Shown in pieces: positions 39,899-53,690 of a DNA stretch of 64,000 nucleotides. The position numbers and the translations under genes were made by a program. The DNA lies in NCBI GenBank assembly GCA_964016885.1, contig OZ024744.1, positions 72,106,001-72,170,000 on the forward strand. Direction: 5' to 3'. Source of the DNA: Eledone cirrhosa (taxonomy: Eukaryota). The notes under the pieces were generated by a model. The model searched no databases, had not been told where the DNA came from, and worked only from the letters and a program-made list of their open reading frames with translations. Position 1 is the first letter of the stretch. The number at the start of each line of letters is the position of its first letter.

Positions 39899-41140
39899 TA
39901 TAATCTGAGTTTTTCGAATATTATTAATAACATTCAATTCGTTTGCAATTATGCAAACAAGCCTCATTTTTAAAGCCATGTCAGTAGAATGAACCCTTCA
40001 TTCTTGCTCTTGTGTTGGCATGTAAACAGAACTGCTGACACTAATGTTTCTGGGTATCACCCTTCATCAGTACAGCTCATTATTCACCTGCCAACTGTCA
40101 GAGCTAGTGAAAATATATGCTATTGTCTAAAATATACAGAGACTGATCGGCCTGATTTGCATATTAGCATACTGGCTGATAAGTCAGATCTGCATATTAG
40201 CAGATCCACTGATCAGCTACATTTGTATATTGGCCAGTCAGTTATCTGTACACGAGCGATAAATGGCCGGCTTTGCAGCATTAACAAAAAAAAGAAAAAA
40301 AGAAATGTTCTCTCTACATGGCTGAATACAATAAATGTAATCTGAGTTTTTCGAATATTAATAACATTCGAATCGTTTGCAATTATGCAAACAAGCCTCA
40401 ATTGTATAGCCATGTCAATAGACAACCCTTCGTTCTGCTCTTATGATGACATGTGAACAGAACTGCAAACACTAATGTTTCTGGGTATCACCCTTCATCA
40501 GTACAGCTCACTGTTCACCTGCCAACTGTCAGAGCTAGTGAAAATATATGCTATTATACCGTGACTGATCGGCCTGATTTGCATATTAATAGACTGGCTT
40601 TAAAATAAGGCTTGTTTGCATAATTACAAACGAATTGAATGTTATTATTAATATTCGAAAAACTCAGATTACATTTATTGTATTCAGCCAGCCATGAAGA
40701 GTGAACATTTTTTTTTAATTTTATTTTATTTGAATGTGACAAAGCCGGCCATTAATCGCTCGTATACAGGAAACTGACTGGCCAGTCTGCTGATATGCAA
40801 ATCTGGCTGATCAGTGGATCTGCTAATATGCAGATCTGACTGATCAGCCAGTCTGCTAATATACAAATCAGGCTGATCAGTCACTGCATAATAACATATA
40901 TTTTCACTAGCTCTGACAGTTGGCAGGTGAATAGTGAGCTGCACTAATGAAGGGTGATACCCAGAAACATTAGTGTCTGCAATTCTGTTTACATGCCAAC
41001 ACAAGAGCAGAACGAAGGGTTCTACTGACATGGCTTTAAAATTGTGGCATGTTTGCATAATTGCAAATGAATTGAATGTTATTATTAATATTCGAAAAAA
41101 CTCAGATTACATTTATTGTATTCAGCCATGTAGAGCGAAA
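39899..41140. repeat. About 437-bp unit repeated head-to-tail then inverted, with internal ctgat..gatttgcatattag subrepeats
   Basis: taatctgagtttttcgaata at 39901 and 40338; reverse-complement copies at 40594-41140. Confidence 0.85.
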
Positions 41141-41556
41141 ATCTTTGGGATTTTTTTTATAATATAAAAAGAGATAATCAGATTGACAGCTATATCTAGT
41201 GGGAAATATATTAACATAACTGCGTGAAAATAGAAAAAGGTGTGATAGGACATGTACAAAACATGATACATGACAATGACTTGTCCACATTCATCTGAAT
41301 CATTCCCGTCCATACTGACAATGGGATCAAAGCAAACTACTAAGACATCATAATCAATGGGTAAAATAATAATAAATAAATAAAAATGCTCATTGATAAA
41401 CATAGCTATCCCTTTTGACAAATATATTGTCTAAAATGAAGTGGACAATCTGTCAATTTAGAAGGACCTTGAAGTTGGGCATGAGGGTAAAAACATGACA
41501 AATAATTGAATTAGAAGAATTAGCTGTAACTTTTACTAAATAAGATAGTCTAATAA

Positions 41557-43551
41557 CACCGTGTAACAAAAAAAATGTTTTTCTCTGTTCCTGGCTTGTA
41601 ATCACTTTTTTGTGTTGCTTAGGTTCCAAATAAATAAAAAAAAAAGTGCTATTAAACAGTTAAAAGTTTTGGTTTGTAAAAATTCTAAGCTATTCCCTAA
41701 AATTATTTGTATGCTAGATTTTACGTTGTATGTAAGTTTAATTTGCTTATGTTAAATGATTTTTTTAATATATGTTTCAGGTTAAATTAAAATTATAAAA
41801 TAAAGAGTAATACCTAAAGAAAATTATAAAAGTGCAACAAAGTATAAAATCGTTAAAAAGTGGATTAAAGAGATTTATTGATACTGGATTTTCGTACCCT
41901 GAATAAAGGGTAAGTTGTGTTTTAAGCACAAATTTTCATTAGTATGATTAGTGTTCTTTTATATTATTTAAATATGTATTTCCCTTTCCAATATTTATTT
42001 TGTATTGCATATCAAATTTATTTTCCAAGACAAGTATTCTGATGAAGGGGAGGAGATGGATGCTGAGGACTTGGATTACCTGCCTGAGGTACCAGAAAAA
42101 GTTCCTCACTTCCCAAACCAAAAAGAAGTCAATGACTTGGTCAGGGATATGGGTCTGACCAAGTCCAATGCAGAGCTATTCGTCTCCAGGATGAAGCAGT
42201 GGAACTTGGTCAAGGAAGAAGTGCAGGTGACAAGTCAGAGAAGTCGACATGAACCTTTCTCAGGCTTTTACACCCTTAGGGATGGCCTCTGTTTCTGCCA
42301 TGACCTGCCTGGACTGTTTGACGTTATTGGGGTGCCGTTTGTGCCTAAGGAGTGGCGGCTATTTATAGACAGCTCCACCACAAGTTTGAAGGCTGTCCTC
42401 CTCCACAATGGAAACAAGTTCCCGTCACTGCCCCTAGCTCATTCAGTCTACCTGAAGGAAGATTACTACAGTGTGAAAGTCCTCTTGGAAGCTCTGCAAT
42501 ACAACCAGTACAATTGGGAAATCATTGGAGACTTCAAGATGGTGGCTTTCCTGCTTGGACTCCAAGGAGGCTTTATCAAATTCCAATGCTTTCTCTGCCT
42601 TTGGGACAGCAGAGCCACCTATGACCACTACACAAGAAATAACTGGGAGCAGCGAACAGAATTTGTAGTTGGGACCCGGAACGTCATGTGTTAGCCACAG
42701 GTTGATCCCAGGATTGTGCTTATGCTGCCACTGCACAATAAGTTGGGGTTGATGAAGCAGTTTGTGAAGGCCCTCAACCAAGAATCAGCCGCTTTTAAGT
42801 ACCTTCTTGAGTTCTTCCCCATGTTATCTGAGGCCAAAATCAAAGGTGGAATTTTTGTTGGACTCAGATAAAGAAGGTGTTTGAGTCTACCGAGTTCTCC
42901 AATAAGCTCAATAGAATTGAGAGAACAGCATGGAACTGTTCCAAAGCAGTTGTTAAGGGCTTCCTGGGCAACTGCAGAGCTGAAAACTACCAGCAACTGG
43001 TGCAGGATCTGGTAAAGGCTTTTGGCGCCATGGGATGCAGGATGTCTCTTAAATTCCATATGCTGGACGCTCACCTGGAAAAATTCAAGGAGGATATGGG
43101 TGCCTACTCAGAAGAACAAAGCGAACAATTCCACCAAGATGTGAAAGAGATAGAGCGGAGGTACCAGGGCCACTACAATGAAAAAATGATGGGGGACTAT
43201 ATCTGGAGGCTAGTGCGGAAATGCGACCTGGACTGCAACCGCAAATCCAGGAAATCCAGTCATTTCTGACGTGTATAAGTTGCTTTATAAGTGTTATTTC
43301 TTTTTACTTGTTTGCTTTTGATAAGCTTGTGTAATAAAATATATATATACTCTGTTGATTTAATTATATGAACGGATACATTTCTAAAAAATGTGTTTTT
43401 ACTTGAAAAATATGAAAATTTCAAAATATCAAACTCCTGACCACAAACCCAAACTTCTGATTAAATAATAGTGTTTTTTTAATAATAATGGGATACAACA
43501 AACCATGAAATGACACTTAGAACCGGGGAACAAAAAATATGTTACACGGTG
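41557..43551 (+). mobile_element. Chapaev3-type DNA transposon with a disrupted transposase
   Basis: Termini CACCGTGTAACA...TGTTACACGGTG, 3-bp TAA target duplication; WRLFIDSS..SLKAVLLHNGN, GDFKM, CFLCLWDSR, LPLH.KLGLMKQFVKAL, MSLKFH, SEEQSEQFHQD. Confidence 0.82.
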
Positions 43552-43559
43552 TAATAATT

Positions 43560-43700
43560 GTTTCTACTTTTGGCACATGGCCAGCAATTATCCCAGTGTA
43601 TTACTGGTACTTTATTTTATCGACCCTGTAAGGATGATGAAAGACAAAGTTAACCTCGGCAAGATTTGAAATCAGACTGTAAAGGGACACTCTACGGATG
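43560..43700 (-). mobile_element. tRNA-derived SINE (family A), partial
   Basis: 3' consensus; its ATT tail is the Chapaev3 insertion site. Confidence 0.75.
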
Positions 43701-43865
43701 CTGCCTGAGGCGTGTAAACCTAATAATCGGGAAAAGATGGGCATCAGTACATACACACGCAAACACATGCACGCACACAGACATACACATACACACACAC
43801 ACACATATACACACGCGCGCGCGTACACACATATACATACATAGATACATATACATACACAAGTC

Positions 43866-44040
43866 AATCCTTCGGTTACGACGATGAGTGTTCCAGTTGA
43901 TACGATCAACGTAACAGCATGTTCGTGAAATTAATGTGTAAGTGGCTGAGCATTCCACAAACACGCGTACCCTTAACGTAGTTCTTAGGGAGATTCAGCG
44001 TGACACGGAATGTGACAAGGCTGGCTCTTCTAATTACAGG
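43866..44040 (+). mobile_element. Interspersed repeat/SINE fragment (family C)
   Basis: Homologous to 5131-5298; followed by (CATA)n. Confidence 0.65.
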
Positions 44041-44125
44041 CACATACATACATACATACATACATACATACATACATACATACATACATACATACATACA
44101 TACATACATACATAGGGAGATAGTC

Positions 44126-44700
44126 TCGTGACTATCTCCCTATCAGACACGATGTGATAGCTAGAACCATATGGAACGCACTTAGGAAAACCAAATTAAA
44201 AACAAATAAGGGGGAATATGTTGAGATAGATGGAATTAAGCAATACTGGTGGTACCTGAAAATAAAAGCTGTCACGAAATTAAAGTACAACCGGCCTGAT
44301 ATTGTTGTTTGGGACTACACATTGAAAACGTGCTCTGTTGTTGTGATCAGCTCCCCACTTGATGTCAACGCTGTAAGAAAAATACAAGAGAAGGAGGACA
44401 TCTACGGACCATTGATGAGGAGTTTGAGGATCCAGTATCCAAGATACACCTTCAGCTTCATACCCATCATTATTGGAGTTACAGGTTATATACCAACCCG
44501 GTTGGACCAAAGTATGACTGAACTTGGATTTATAGACAAAGAGTGCTGCTCCCTAATTCATAGACTACAAATGGCTGCGATAGCTGGCACCTTCAAAATT
44601 TGCAAAACATTCTTGCGATTTAAGGGATGACAATTTTTTTTCTTTTACAACCTTGCCACCAGGAAGGTGGCCGGTCAAAAATGTACTCGAATTTAAGTGA
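44126..44700 (+). mobile_element. 3' fragment of another RLE-type non-LTR retrotransposon
   Basis: YLPIRHDVIAR, NRPDIVVWD...CSVVVISSPLD, IPIIIGVTG; stop at 44630. Confidence 0.75.
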
Positions 44701-45676
44701 AAGAAAAATACATATATACAAACATATATACACAAACAGACACACACACACACACATGTGTGTGTGTGTTTTGTGTGTGCACTAATGCTCGTCTGTTCTC
44801 GTTCAGTGGGGTATATACGCCCTATTATTTCAAAACTATTTTATTTAGCCAAAATTACGGTGAAATCATCTAATTCAATTTTCAAATTCCGTTCGCCGTT
44901 TTCTAAACATACGTTCATTGCAAATAATAATTCGTTCTATGGGTATGATAAAAACAAAGAATAAACACATAGAAGCCATGACAGGGTGCACAATGGGATA
45001 GTGTTTAACACTATCCAAACATCCATTCAAAAGCACAGCTCAAATCTCCACACAAGACACACTCTATATAAGAAGTTCATAATAAAATAAAGCTTCTTAT
45101 CAGCCACTCTCTGATAAGTTTGGTCACACCTGTGGTAGTGGAGACTTCAAGTTTTCTTGGCCCCCGAACCACATACCTATTCCCTTCTATCGGAGCAGAA
45201 TTGGCTACCTGTAAATGCGAACCCTGCAAGATGGAGTGGCTGCTCCAACGTGTCTCACTCGCCATCCTCCAGGGCACTGTCTTCTCCATCCTGTTCGCGT
45301 GGACCACGCTGCGGACTGACTCTTAACTTGCATTGATAGACTGGAAGACAGTTCAACAATGTTGTTTCACAATGAATTCTGGTCAGAATCTTGCTGGCAA
45401 GAAGTTGTCTCTCGAGTGTGGCATAACGACATTTGATCCACTACTTGAAGCCCAATCTAACATTTTTTTAAAGAATACACACATACTCTAAATGTATATC
45501 AAAGTTTTACTCTATTACTCTATTACGTGTTCCAGCCGAAAGGCCGAGGCCATGCTGGGACACCGCCATTATTTGATTCGAATTTTTAAAATCAATTGGA
45601 AAGCAATAAATTGATTATTATTAATAGTATTATTTGAAATCTATTTTGCTTATTAATACAACCGCTACATGATTAA

Positions 45677-46015
45677 TCTATATATATAAAAACAAAAATG
45701 TATGTCTGCCTGTCTGTATACACTATGAATTTCCAATTTCCATCCGATTTCGTTCAAATTTGATTGATAGGTTATTTAACACCCGGAGCATGTCAACATA
45801 TATTTTAAATTTTGCTCTCCCCTAAAATAGCAGTGCTCTAACTCACGTTGCACACACTACACAGAAAAGAAGAAGCAATAAAACAAGACAAGCTAAACCC
45901 CATAACAGTCCAGATAGATAGCGTACATTAACATGAGATTTCTATACTCCTCTCACACCCACACAAATTAGAACATACAATGATGCCGACACGTTCGGGA
46001 ACACGGAGCTCTATT
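45677..46015 (+). mobile_element. Possible non-autonomous Helitron-like repeat
   Basis: A|TCTATATATATAAAA start followed by gtctgcctgtctgt, a pattern typical of such elements; the 3' CTRR end is not clear. Confidence 0.3.
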
Positions 46016-46184
46016 ACGTGGTGCAATAGAAACATGCATGAAATTACCAAAGAAATAATAGAAATAATAAATGTAAATATGATAATAACAAGAAGAATAA
46101 CAATAGTAATAGCGACTTCTTTATATTTATTAATCATTTTTGAAAGATAAAGGAATCATTTTGAATAAATAAATAAATAAATTC

Positions 46185-46185
<1 letters not shown>

Positions 46186-46249
<64 letters not shown>

Positions 46250-46278
46250 TGATGATGATGATGATGATGATGATAATA
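46186..46278. repeat. (AAT)n(GAT)n microsatellite
   Basis: Direct reading. Confidence 0.95.
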
Positions 46279-46636
46279 AGGATCTCTTACATATGCATGA
46301 TGTTATAGAGAAAGTTGAGAAGTTGTGGTGTTCATATTTTCACTAGTGATTAATAAGAGAGATGCTGTTTTACAAGGCAATCTTGTTGAAAAGTCTGTTT
46401 TACCAGGACACTATTTGCCATTCCTATAACTTATGAAGTCTTTAAAATCAATAGTAAGAAACTTAAACGAGGCATTAACAATCTAGTTATTAATATCATC
46501 TTTTTTATGATTCATATTTCATCAAATTTGAATAAACTAATTCTGTAATAAATATGAAAAGGTGATTTTCTTTTTAAATGTTGACCTTGAATTGACTTCA
46601 GTTTTTTCTGCACATGTATATACTATACATATCCCT

Positions 46637-46678
<42 letters not shown>

Positions 46679-46713
46679 GCATATATATGTATATATGTGT
46701 ATATACACACACA

Positions 46714-46768
<55 letters not shown>

Positions 46769-46834
46769 GTTATTCCGAGTTGAATCGGAGGTAACCACAG
46801 TAAGTAAGGTACTCAATACATAGCAGAGTATAAA

Positions 46835-47215
46835 AGTTTTAATATAGATGAGATTCTACAGGACTAGAACTGTGTCATTCTTTAGAAATCATCAGGAATC
46901 TGGGTATCAAAAAATAAATATGGTATTTATAGGTCTCTTCAGGTGGTATGAGAGGGTAGGGAGTGGGATGGGTAGAGGTCATTGGTTGATAGAAAAGGGA
47001 ATTCATTAAAAGCTAATTCTTTAAAATTAAGAATTAGCTTTTAATGAATTCCCTTTGCTATCAACCAATGACCTCTACCCATCCCACTCCCTACCCTCTC
47101 CTACCACCTGAAGAGACCTATAAATACCATATTTATTTTTTGATACCCAGGTTCCTGATGATTTCTAAAGAATGAAACAGTTCTAGTCCTGTAGAATCTC
47201 ATCTATATTAAAACT
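46835..47215. repeat. About 187-bp-arm palindrome (family D), loop about 47022-47028
   Basis: agttttaatatagatgagattctacagg... / ...cctgtagaatctcatctatattaaaact; few arm mismatches. Confidence 0.92.
47149..47199 (+). ncRNA. Type I hammerhead ribozyme (family D)
   Basis: Stem I AGGTTC/GAATCT; CTGATGA(47155-61); short stem II TTCT/AGAA; GAAA; stem III ACAG/CTGT; GUA site 47191-47193. Confidence 0.7.
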
Positions 47216-47377
47216 ATATATATATATTGTTATACTTTGGGAGGGTTATGTTGCCAATAAGAAAGACACGCACCAGTTGCTTTCACTTCAATTTATTATA
47301 ATAAATTTATAAATTTAGGAATTTATAAATTTCCGGTTGGCTGGTCGGTTCCACAACCAGATGGTTGTTTATATATT

Positions 47378-47420
47378 GTCAAAGTTCTTTCGTCACACAT
47401 TCTGTGACCTCTTCAGTGAC
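47378..47420 (-). ncRNA. Minimal type I hammerhead (family B), antisense arm copy
   Basis: Reverse complement of 47537-47579. Confidence 0.65.
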
Positions 47421-47536
47421 TGGGGATACTTTTCTTTGTTTTTGTGCCTCTCCTTTGTTCTGTCCTACGCCATCAGAAACAAGATGGCGTAGGACAGAAC
47501 AAAGGAGAGGCACAAAAACAAAGAAAAGAATCCCCA

Positions 47537-47579
47537 GTCACTGAAGAGGTCACAGAATGTGTGACGAAAGAACTTTGAC
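47537..47579 (+). ncRNA. Minimal type I hammerhead (family B)
   Basis: GTCA CTGAAGA g GTCACA gaatg TGTGAC GAAA gaa CTT TGAC; stem I GTCA/TGAC. Confidence 0.68.
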
Positions 47580-48671
47580 AATATATAAACAACCATCTGG
47601 TTGTGGAACCAACCAGCCAACCGGAAATTTATAAATTCCTAAATTTATAAATTTATTATAATAAATTGAAGTGAAAGCAACTGGTGCGTGTGTTTCTTAT
47701 TGGCAACATGACCCTCCCAAAGTATAACAATATCAGTTTCAACACACGTTTTCAGATAAAGAATCTTGCTAAACAAATTCAGAAATGAAATATATATATA
47801 TATATATATGTACGTATGTTCTTTGGAATTTGTGAGTTTCTTCAAATGAGATTAGCTTTCTATATATTTTTTCCATTGATGACGTACAAAAGACAGTGAT
47901 TTTATTGAAGGTTTTGTTATAGAATATTCATGTTTTCTTCATAAAGGCATTATTTTTAGTGATGTGCTTTGGCACCAGTGCCTAGAAATTGAAGCTGAAC
48001 CATTAACTTTGCTCACCATATATTCATGTCCTATTTTTTGCACCGCTTCGTATATACACTTAATACCATTTTTTTAAAAATTAGGCACACAGTTTCTATA
48101 TGTGGAATATGTGATAGCATGAAATTCATGCTTTTCTCAAAAGTATGATTAGATTAAGTGTATACATTTTAAATCAGGGTGTAAATCTAATTTCATTGTT
48201 TGGCACATGATAATCACATTTTGTTATATATATTGACTTCATAATATCTATGTGATAAATTGACAGGGAAATCTTATAAGGCATTATTTCTTTATTCGAA
48301 CAATATTAAATGTCCTTTTCAATAATAGATATATTTTTGGTTATTATGTGTTTTTGTTTTGTTTTACACCTATAGAAATATGATAGCATTCATATTCTTT
48401 CGTTTTATTTTCTTTGTTTATTAGAACAATTATTTTTAAAACTGGATATTCTTGCTCAATTTAATTTTCACAAGTCTATGCAACAACTGCTTGTCGTTCT
48501 CTCATACGTAAGCACAAAGAATTATATTGTACAGCCGCCAGAGACACAAAACAATTTATTATTTAGTATTATGATTTGAATATGATTTCATGTAGTCAGA
48601 AATCAGGCTACAATCCCGTGACATTCACATGAACATATGTAAAAGTACATACATATGCATATAAACATATA

Positions 48672-49214
<543 letters not shown>

Positions 49215-49754
49215 AGAACAAAAAAAATCTCAAATAATTAAAAAAATATAGTTACACTTCCCTGAAATTTATTTTTTATTCCGCCTGAAAATTGTAATGT
49301 AAAGTTCTCCTCGGTGAAATGTGAACAAAATATAGCATGATATAAATAAATAACAAGGTATTTTGTCTAATCAACCGATTCTATCAGTCCACTGCTTTAG
49401 ACAACAGGGATGTAATTCTAGTTCAACGCTTTTCGTTTTGCCTATGTACTCTCAAATCATATCTGTTGCTTGTATGCCAAAATGGTTCAGATATTTTGTG
49501 ACAAGGAGATAAAGTTTTGAGCAAGATTCCAGATGAACTAATAATATCAAAGATTTCTAAAATTAGCACCACGACATCACCTCACCAACTCTCATCAAAC
49601 GAGTAATACATGTACAGTCAAATGCTTTAGTCAAATGTTTTAGCTGCTGTGTCTCAAGGATGGCAGATTTAATGCCAAACAGATCAAAGTAATACAAATA
49701 GGTGAAAAAAGTACTCAATACATGTTGAAGAATTTATTCATTTATTCAAATAAA

Positions 49755-49828
<74 letters not shown>

Positions 49829-50721
49829 TATGTAAATATAAATATATTTGAGATATATATACATATACATATACACATTTCTATATGTATATGTCTGTAT
49901 ATATATATATATATCTGTATATATTTATATATATATATATACATATATATATATTTATATATGCATATATATATAATTGTATGTATAAATATACATGTGT
50001 GTATATAATCTTATATTAAGGAAAGAAGTATATATATGTATATTCTTTCCTTTGGTTTTCATATATATATATATATATATATGGAAATGGAAATAATTCT
50101 GGAGCAAAAAAAAAGGAAATATTTCTTTCTTAAGACTGACCATTTTTAGATAAAACAAGACTTCTGACCGAAATCAATAATTGAAAAAAGCAACACGAAC
50201 AGTTTTAGATACCTTAGCATATAAATATCGGGAGATCAGTGAAGAAATAAAAAATAAAATAAACATAATAAAGGTAATGAAAGAAAAAGAAAAAGAAAAA
50301 AAAGCAATGATATTCATTACTTGTGGAATATCAACGGAATCTAACAGATTTGTGATAAAATGACAAATAATTAATCACTAAATAATTATTAATCGATATA
50401 AGCTGATTAATCATGGCGTCTGTTATGTTTTTGTTGTTGCTTGTTTTTGTATGTTGTTCTTTATTTTATTTTATTCAAAAATTTAGGTGATTGAATGTTC
50501 TGTAGTGTTTTGTTGGTGGATAGTTCCTTGATTCTAACTTGCTTGTCAATAAATCGATGATACACAAACACACACACATACACACATATTATGATATACA
50601 TACATATATATATATATATACGCATACATTCATATATATATATAAAACAAAGAAGGTGTGGTAAGATACCAGGTGGACCATAAGCCACCCGAGTACTCGA
50701 TGTTTCGGGTAGTAGAGTGGG

Positions 50722-50811
<90 letters not shown>

Positions 50812-51259
50812 GGGGGACAGAGAAAAAAAAAGAAAGAGTCTCTAGAGGAAGTAGTCTCCGGGTATTATCGAAGTAAACTGTACGGAAACGTTGTCGGTAT
50901 TATGTATTTAAACAACAATATGATCGATGCAGAAATATATACATGTTACATGAAGGAAATTCCTTACTATTTCTACATTAATAATTATCTTACTTGTTGC
51001 TTATGATATAACGGAAAATAAATGACTTATCACGAAACCTATACTGTGTATGCGTATGCTCGTGTGTAAATGATAATGTGTCTATACACATACATTTACG
51101 AAGGATGGTTTATAATCCAGTATTTCCGATTAGCAGACCGTGATGCATTAGATGCTTTTCTATAATAAACCTTTATACTCTGCACTGTATTGAGTACCTT
51201 ACTTACTGTGGTTACCCCCGATTGAACCCGGGATAACTTATATATATATATAGAGAGAG

Positions 51260-51292
<33 letters not shown>

Positions 51293-51346
51293 TACATATA
51301 CATATAGATACACACATATATGTTACCAGTCGCACTCAAGAGTGAC

Positions 51347-51442
<96 letters not shown>

Positions 51443-51443
<1 letters not shown>

Positions 51444-51965
51444 CAGGTCACTCTTGAGTGCGACTGGTAATATGTAACCCAGTAAAACCGGTCGGGTCGT
51501 CGGCGACTAAACCGGCAACCCCACCAAGTTTAGTTTACTTGGGAGGAGGGTGATTTTGGACACCCTACAGGACAAAAAACAAACCCTGACAAAGTGCGCA
51601 AGAACTCATAAGAGTCAACGGCCATCCAAAAGTGTGTAAATATGTATATACACATGTACCGCGCGGTTAAACCACTGGGAGTGAAGGACCCCTAGCCTTT
51701 GTCAGGGCATTCTTCTAAGAGAAAGCAACTCACGAAACTAGGATAACTCCGATATAAAACTTGCGGCTCAGTAGTTACCTATGATGTTGATCTTTTCTTC
51801 TGTTCGGGTTATAGCTACTGTCGCCCAGAGAGTGGGATTGGCTCAGTGCACAGTCTTTCCTCACTTTAAAAAATATCTTCACGCACAGGCATTGCATTAA
51901 TTAATAATTATTAATAATGGTATATCGTGCCATGGCCATACTCGATAATGAGGGGGCAGCCATCA
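51443..51965 (+). mobile_element. GC-richer interspersed repeat, possibly derived from an RTE-type 5' UTR
   Basis: GC-rich island between (TA)n tracts; agggcattcttctaagagaaagcaactc resembles RTE-type 5' UTR motifs; its first 28 bp are also present inverted at 51323-51350. Confidence 0.35.
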
Positions 51966-52009
51966 TATGTATGTATAGTGAACTAACTGTTGTGTAACCA
52001 TTTCTATGC

Positions 52010-52069
<60 letters not shown>

Positions 52070-52350
52070 TTATGGAATAGTGTTAGCTTCTCGCTACAAT
52101 CATTTCTATACTTTTCATTTATATATATATATATATATATTTATTTATTTATTTATTAAAATAACAGATTAAAGTTTAAGTAAAGAATCGCTGCTTTAAC
52201 CCATAACGGGATCTTCTGAAACTTTAATCTGTTATTTTATTAAATATTTGCTCTGGGTTCTTATATATTTGATATATATTTATCCTTATCGAGCGCTCTT
52301 CGGATTTTAGTCTACAAATTTTTTATTATTACTATATATATATATATAGG

Positions 52351-52460
52351 TACGTTATTCCGGGTTGAATCGGAGGTAACCACAGTAAGTAAGGTACTCT
52401 GATGATTTCTAAAGAATGAAACAGTTCTAGTCCTGTAGAATCTCATCTATATTAAAACTT
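52351..52460 (+). mobile_element. Internally deleted family-D element retaining the hammerhead core
   Basis: gttattccgggttgaatcggaggtaaccacagtaagtaaggtact (matches 46769-46813) fused to ctgatgatttctaaagaatgaaacag...aaaact (matches 47155-47215). Confidence 0.75.
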
Positions 52461-53089
52461 ATATATATATATATATATATATATATAGGTGTACATATAT
52501 ATATATATATGTATGCATGTACACCTACAGACACAAAAAGTACATATACATATATATGCCCATATTAAGAAAATAATGTATGAATTTGATCATATATGTA
52601 TTCACATTGGTTAAAATAACTACCTCCCGTCCTTCAGGAGTAATTCCAAAATACTGGAATGAGACGGTAATCATTGTCGCAATTACATAATCAGACACTG
52701 AGTATGCTTCTTACTGTCAATCGAGAAATTGAAAGTGTCCGCATCATATATAAAGATTTTACTGATTTTGTAAATATCGAATATATACACATACATATAC
52801 GTACACATAAATACACATATATATATATGCATACATATATATATGCGCACACACTGGTTATCGCAAAATTCAGTTTGTCTGGTTCGTTATATCTATATAG
52901 ATATATTTCTCTATGTTTATGTATGTATGTTTGTATGTATGTTTGTGTGTGTATGTATGTGTGTGTATGTATGCAAGTACGTATGTATAATGCTATCAAA
53001 GTTGATACTTTTGCCCAAATCCAGCCCGTATTAAGCAATAACTCTCTCTCTCTCCACACAGACACACACATAAACACAAACACACTCAC

Positions 53090-53690
<601 letters not shown>

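Larger units (their letters stand above)
47224..47790. repeat. About 250-bp-arm palindrome (family B), 8-nt loop 47475-47482, with a hammerhead in each arm
   Basis: atattgttatactttgggaggg... / ...ccctcccaaagtataacaatat; extra family tail to 47790, then (TA)n. Confidence 0.92.

Noticed and set aside
40140-40240. Roughly 30-bp periodic subrepeats, superficially CRISPR-like
   Set aside because: No unique spacers, degenerate units, eukaryotic context, no cas genes
45077-45420. Short ORFs possibly from an RTE-type LINE
   Set aside because: No diagnostic motif could be read with confidence
50655-50905. GAAAC...GTA/GTC half-motifs resembling hammerhead 3' halves
   Set aside because: No intact CTGANGA or stem II; at best decayed fragments
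51480-51525. Possible HDV-like ribozyme (gtcg tcgg cgac taa accgg)
   Set aside because: Could not assign P1, P3 or L3 of the nested double pseudoknot
52143-52232. Short inverted repeat with CAGAAGA-CCC/GGG-TAAA on the minus strand, homologous to 5058-5112
   Set aside because: The core is mutated at two positions and no cleavage triplet or stem I is visible; recorded only as a possible decayed member
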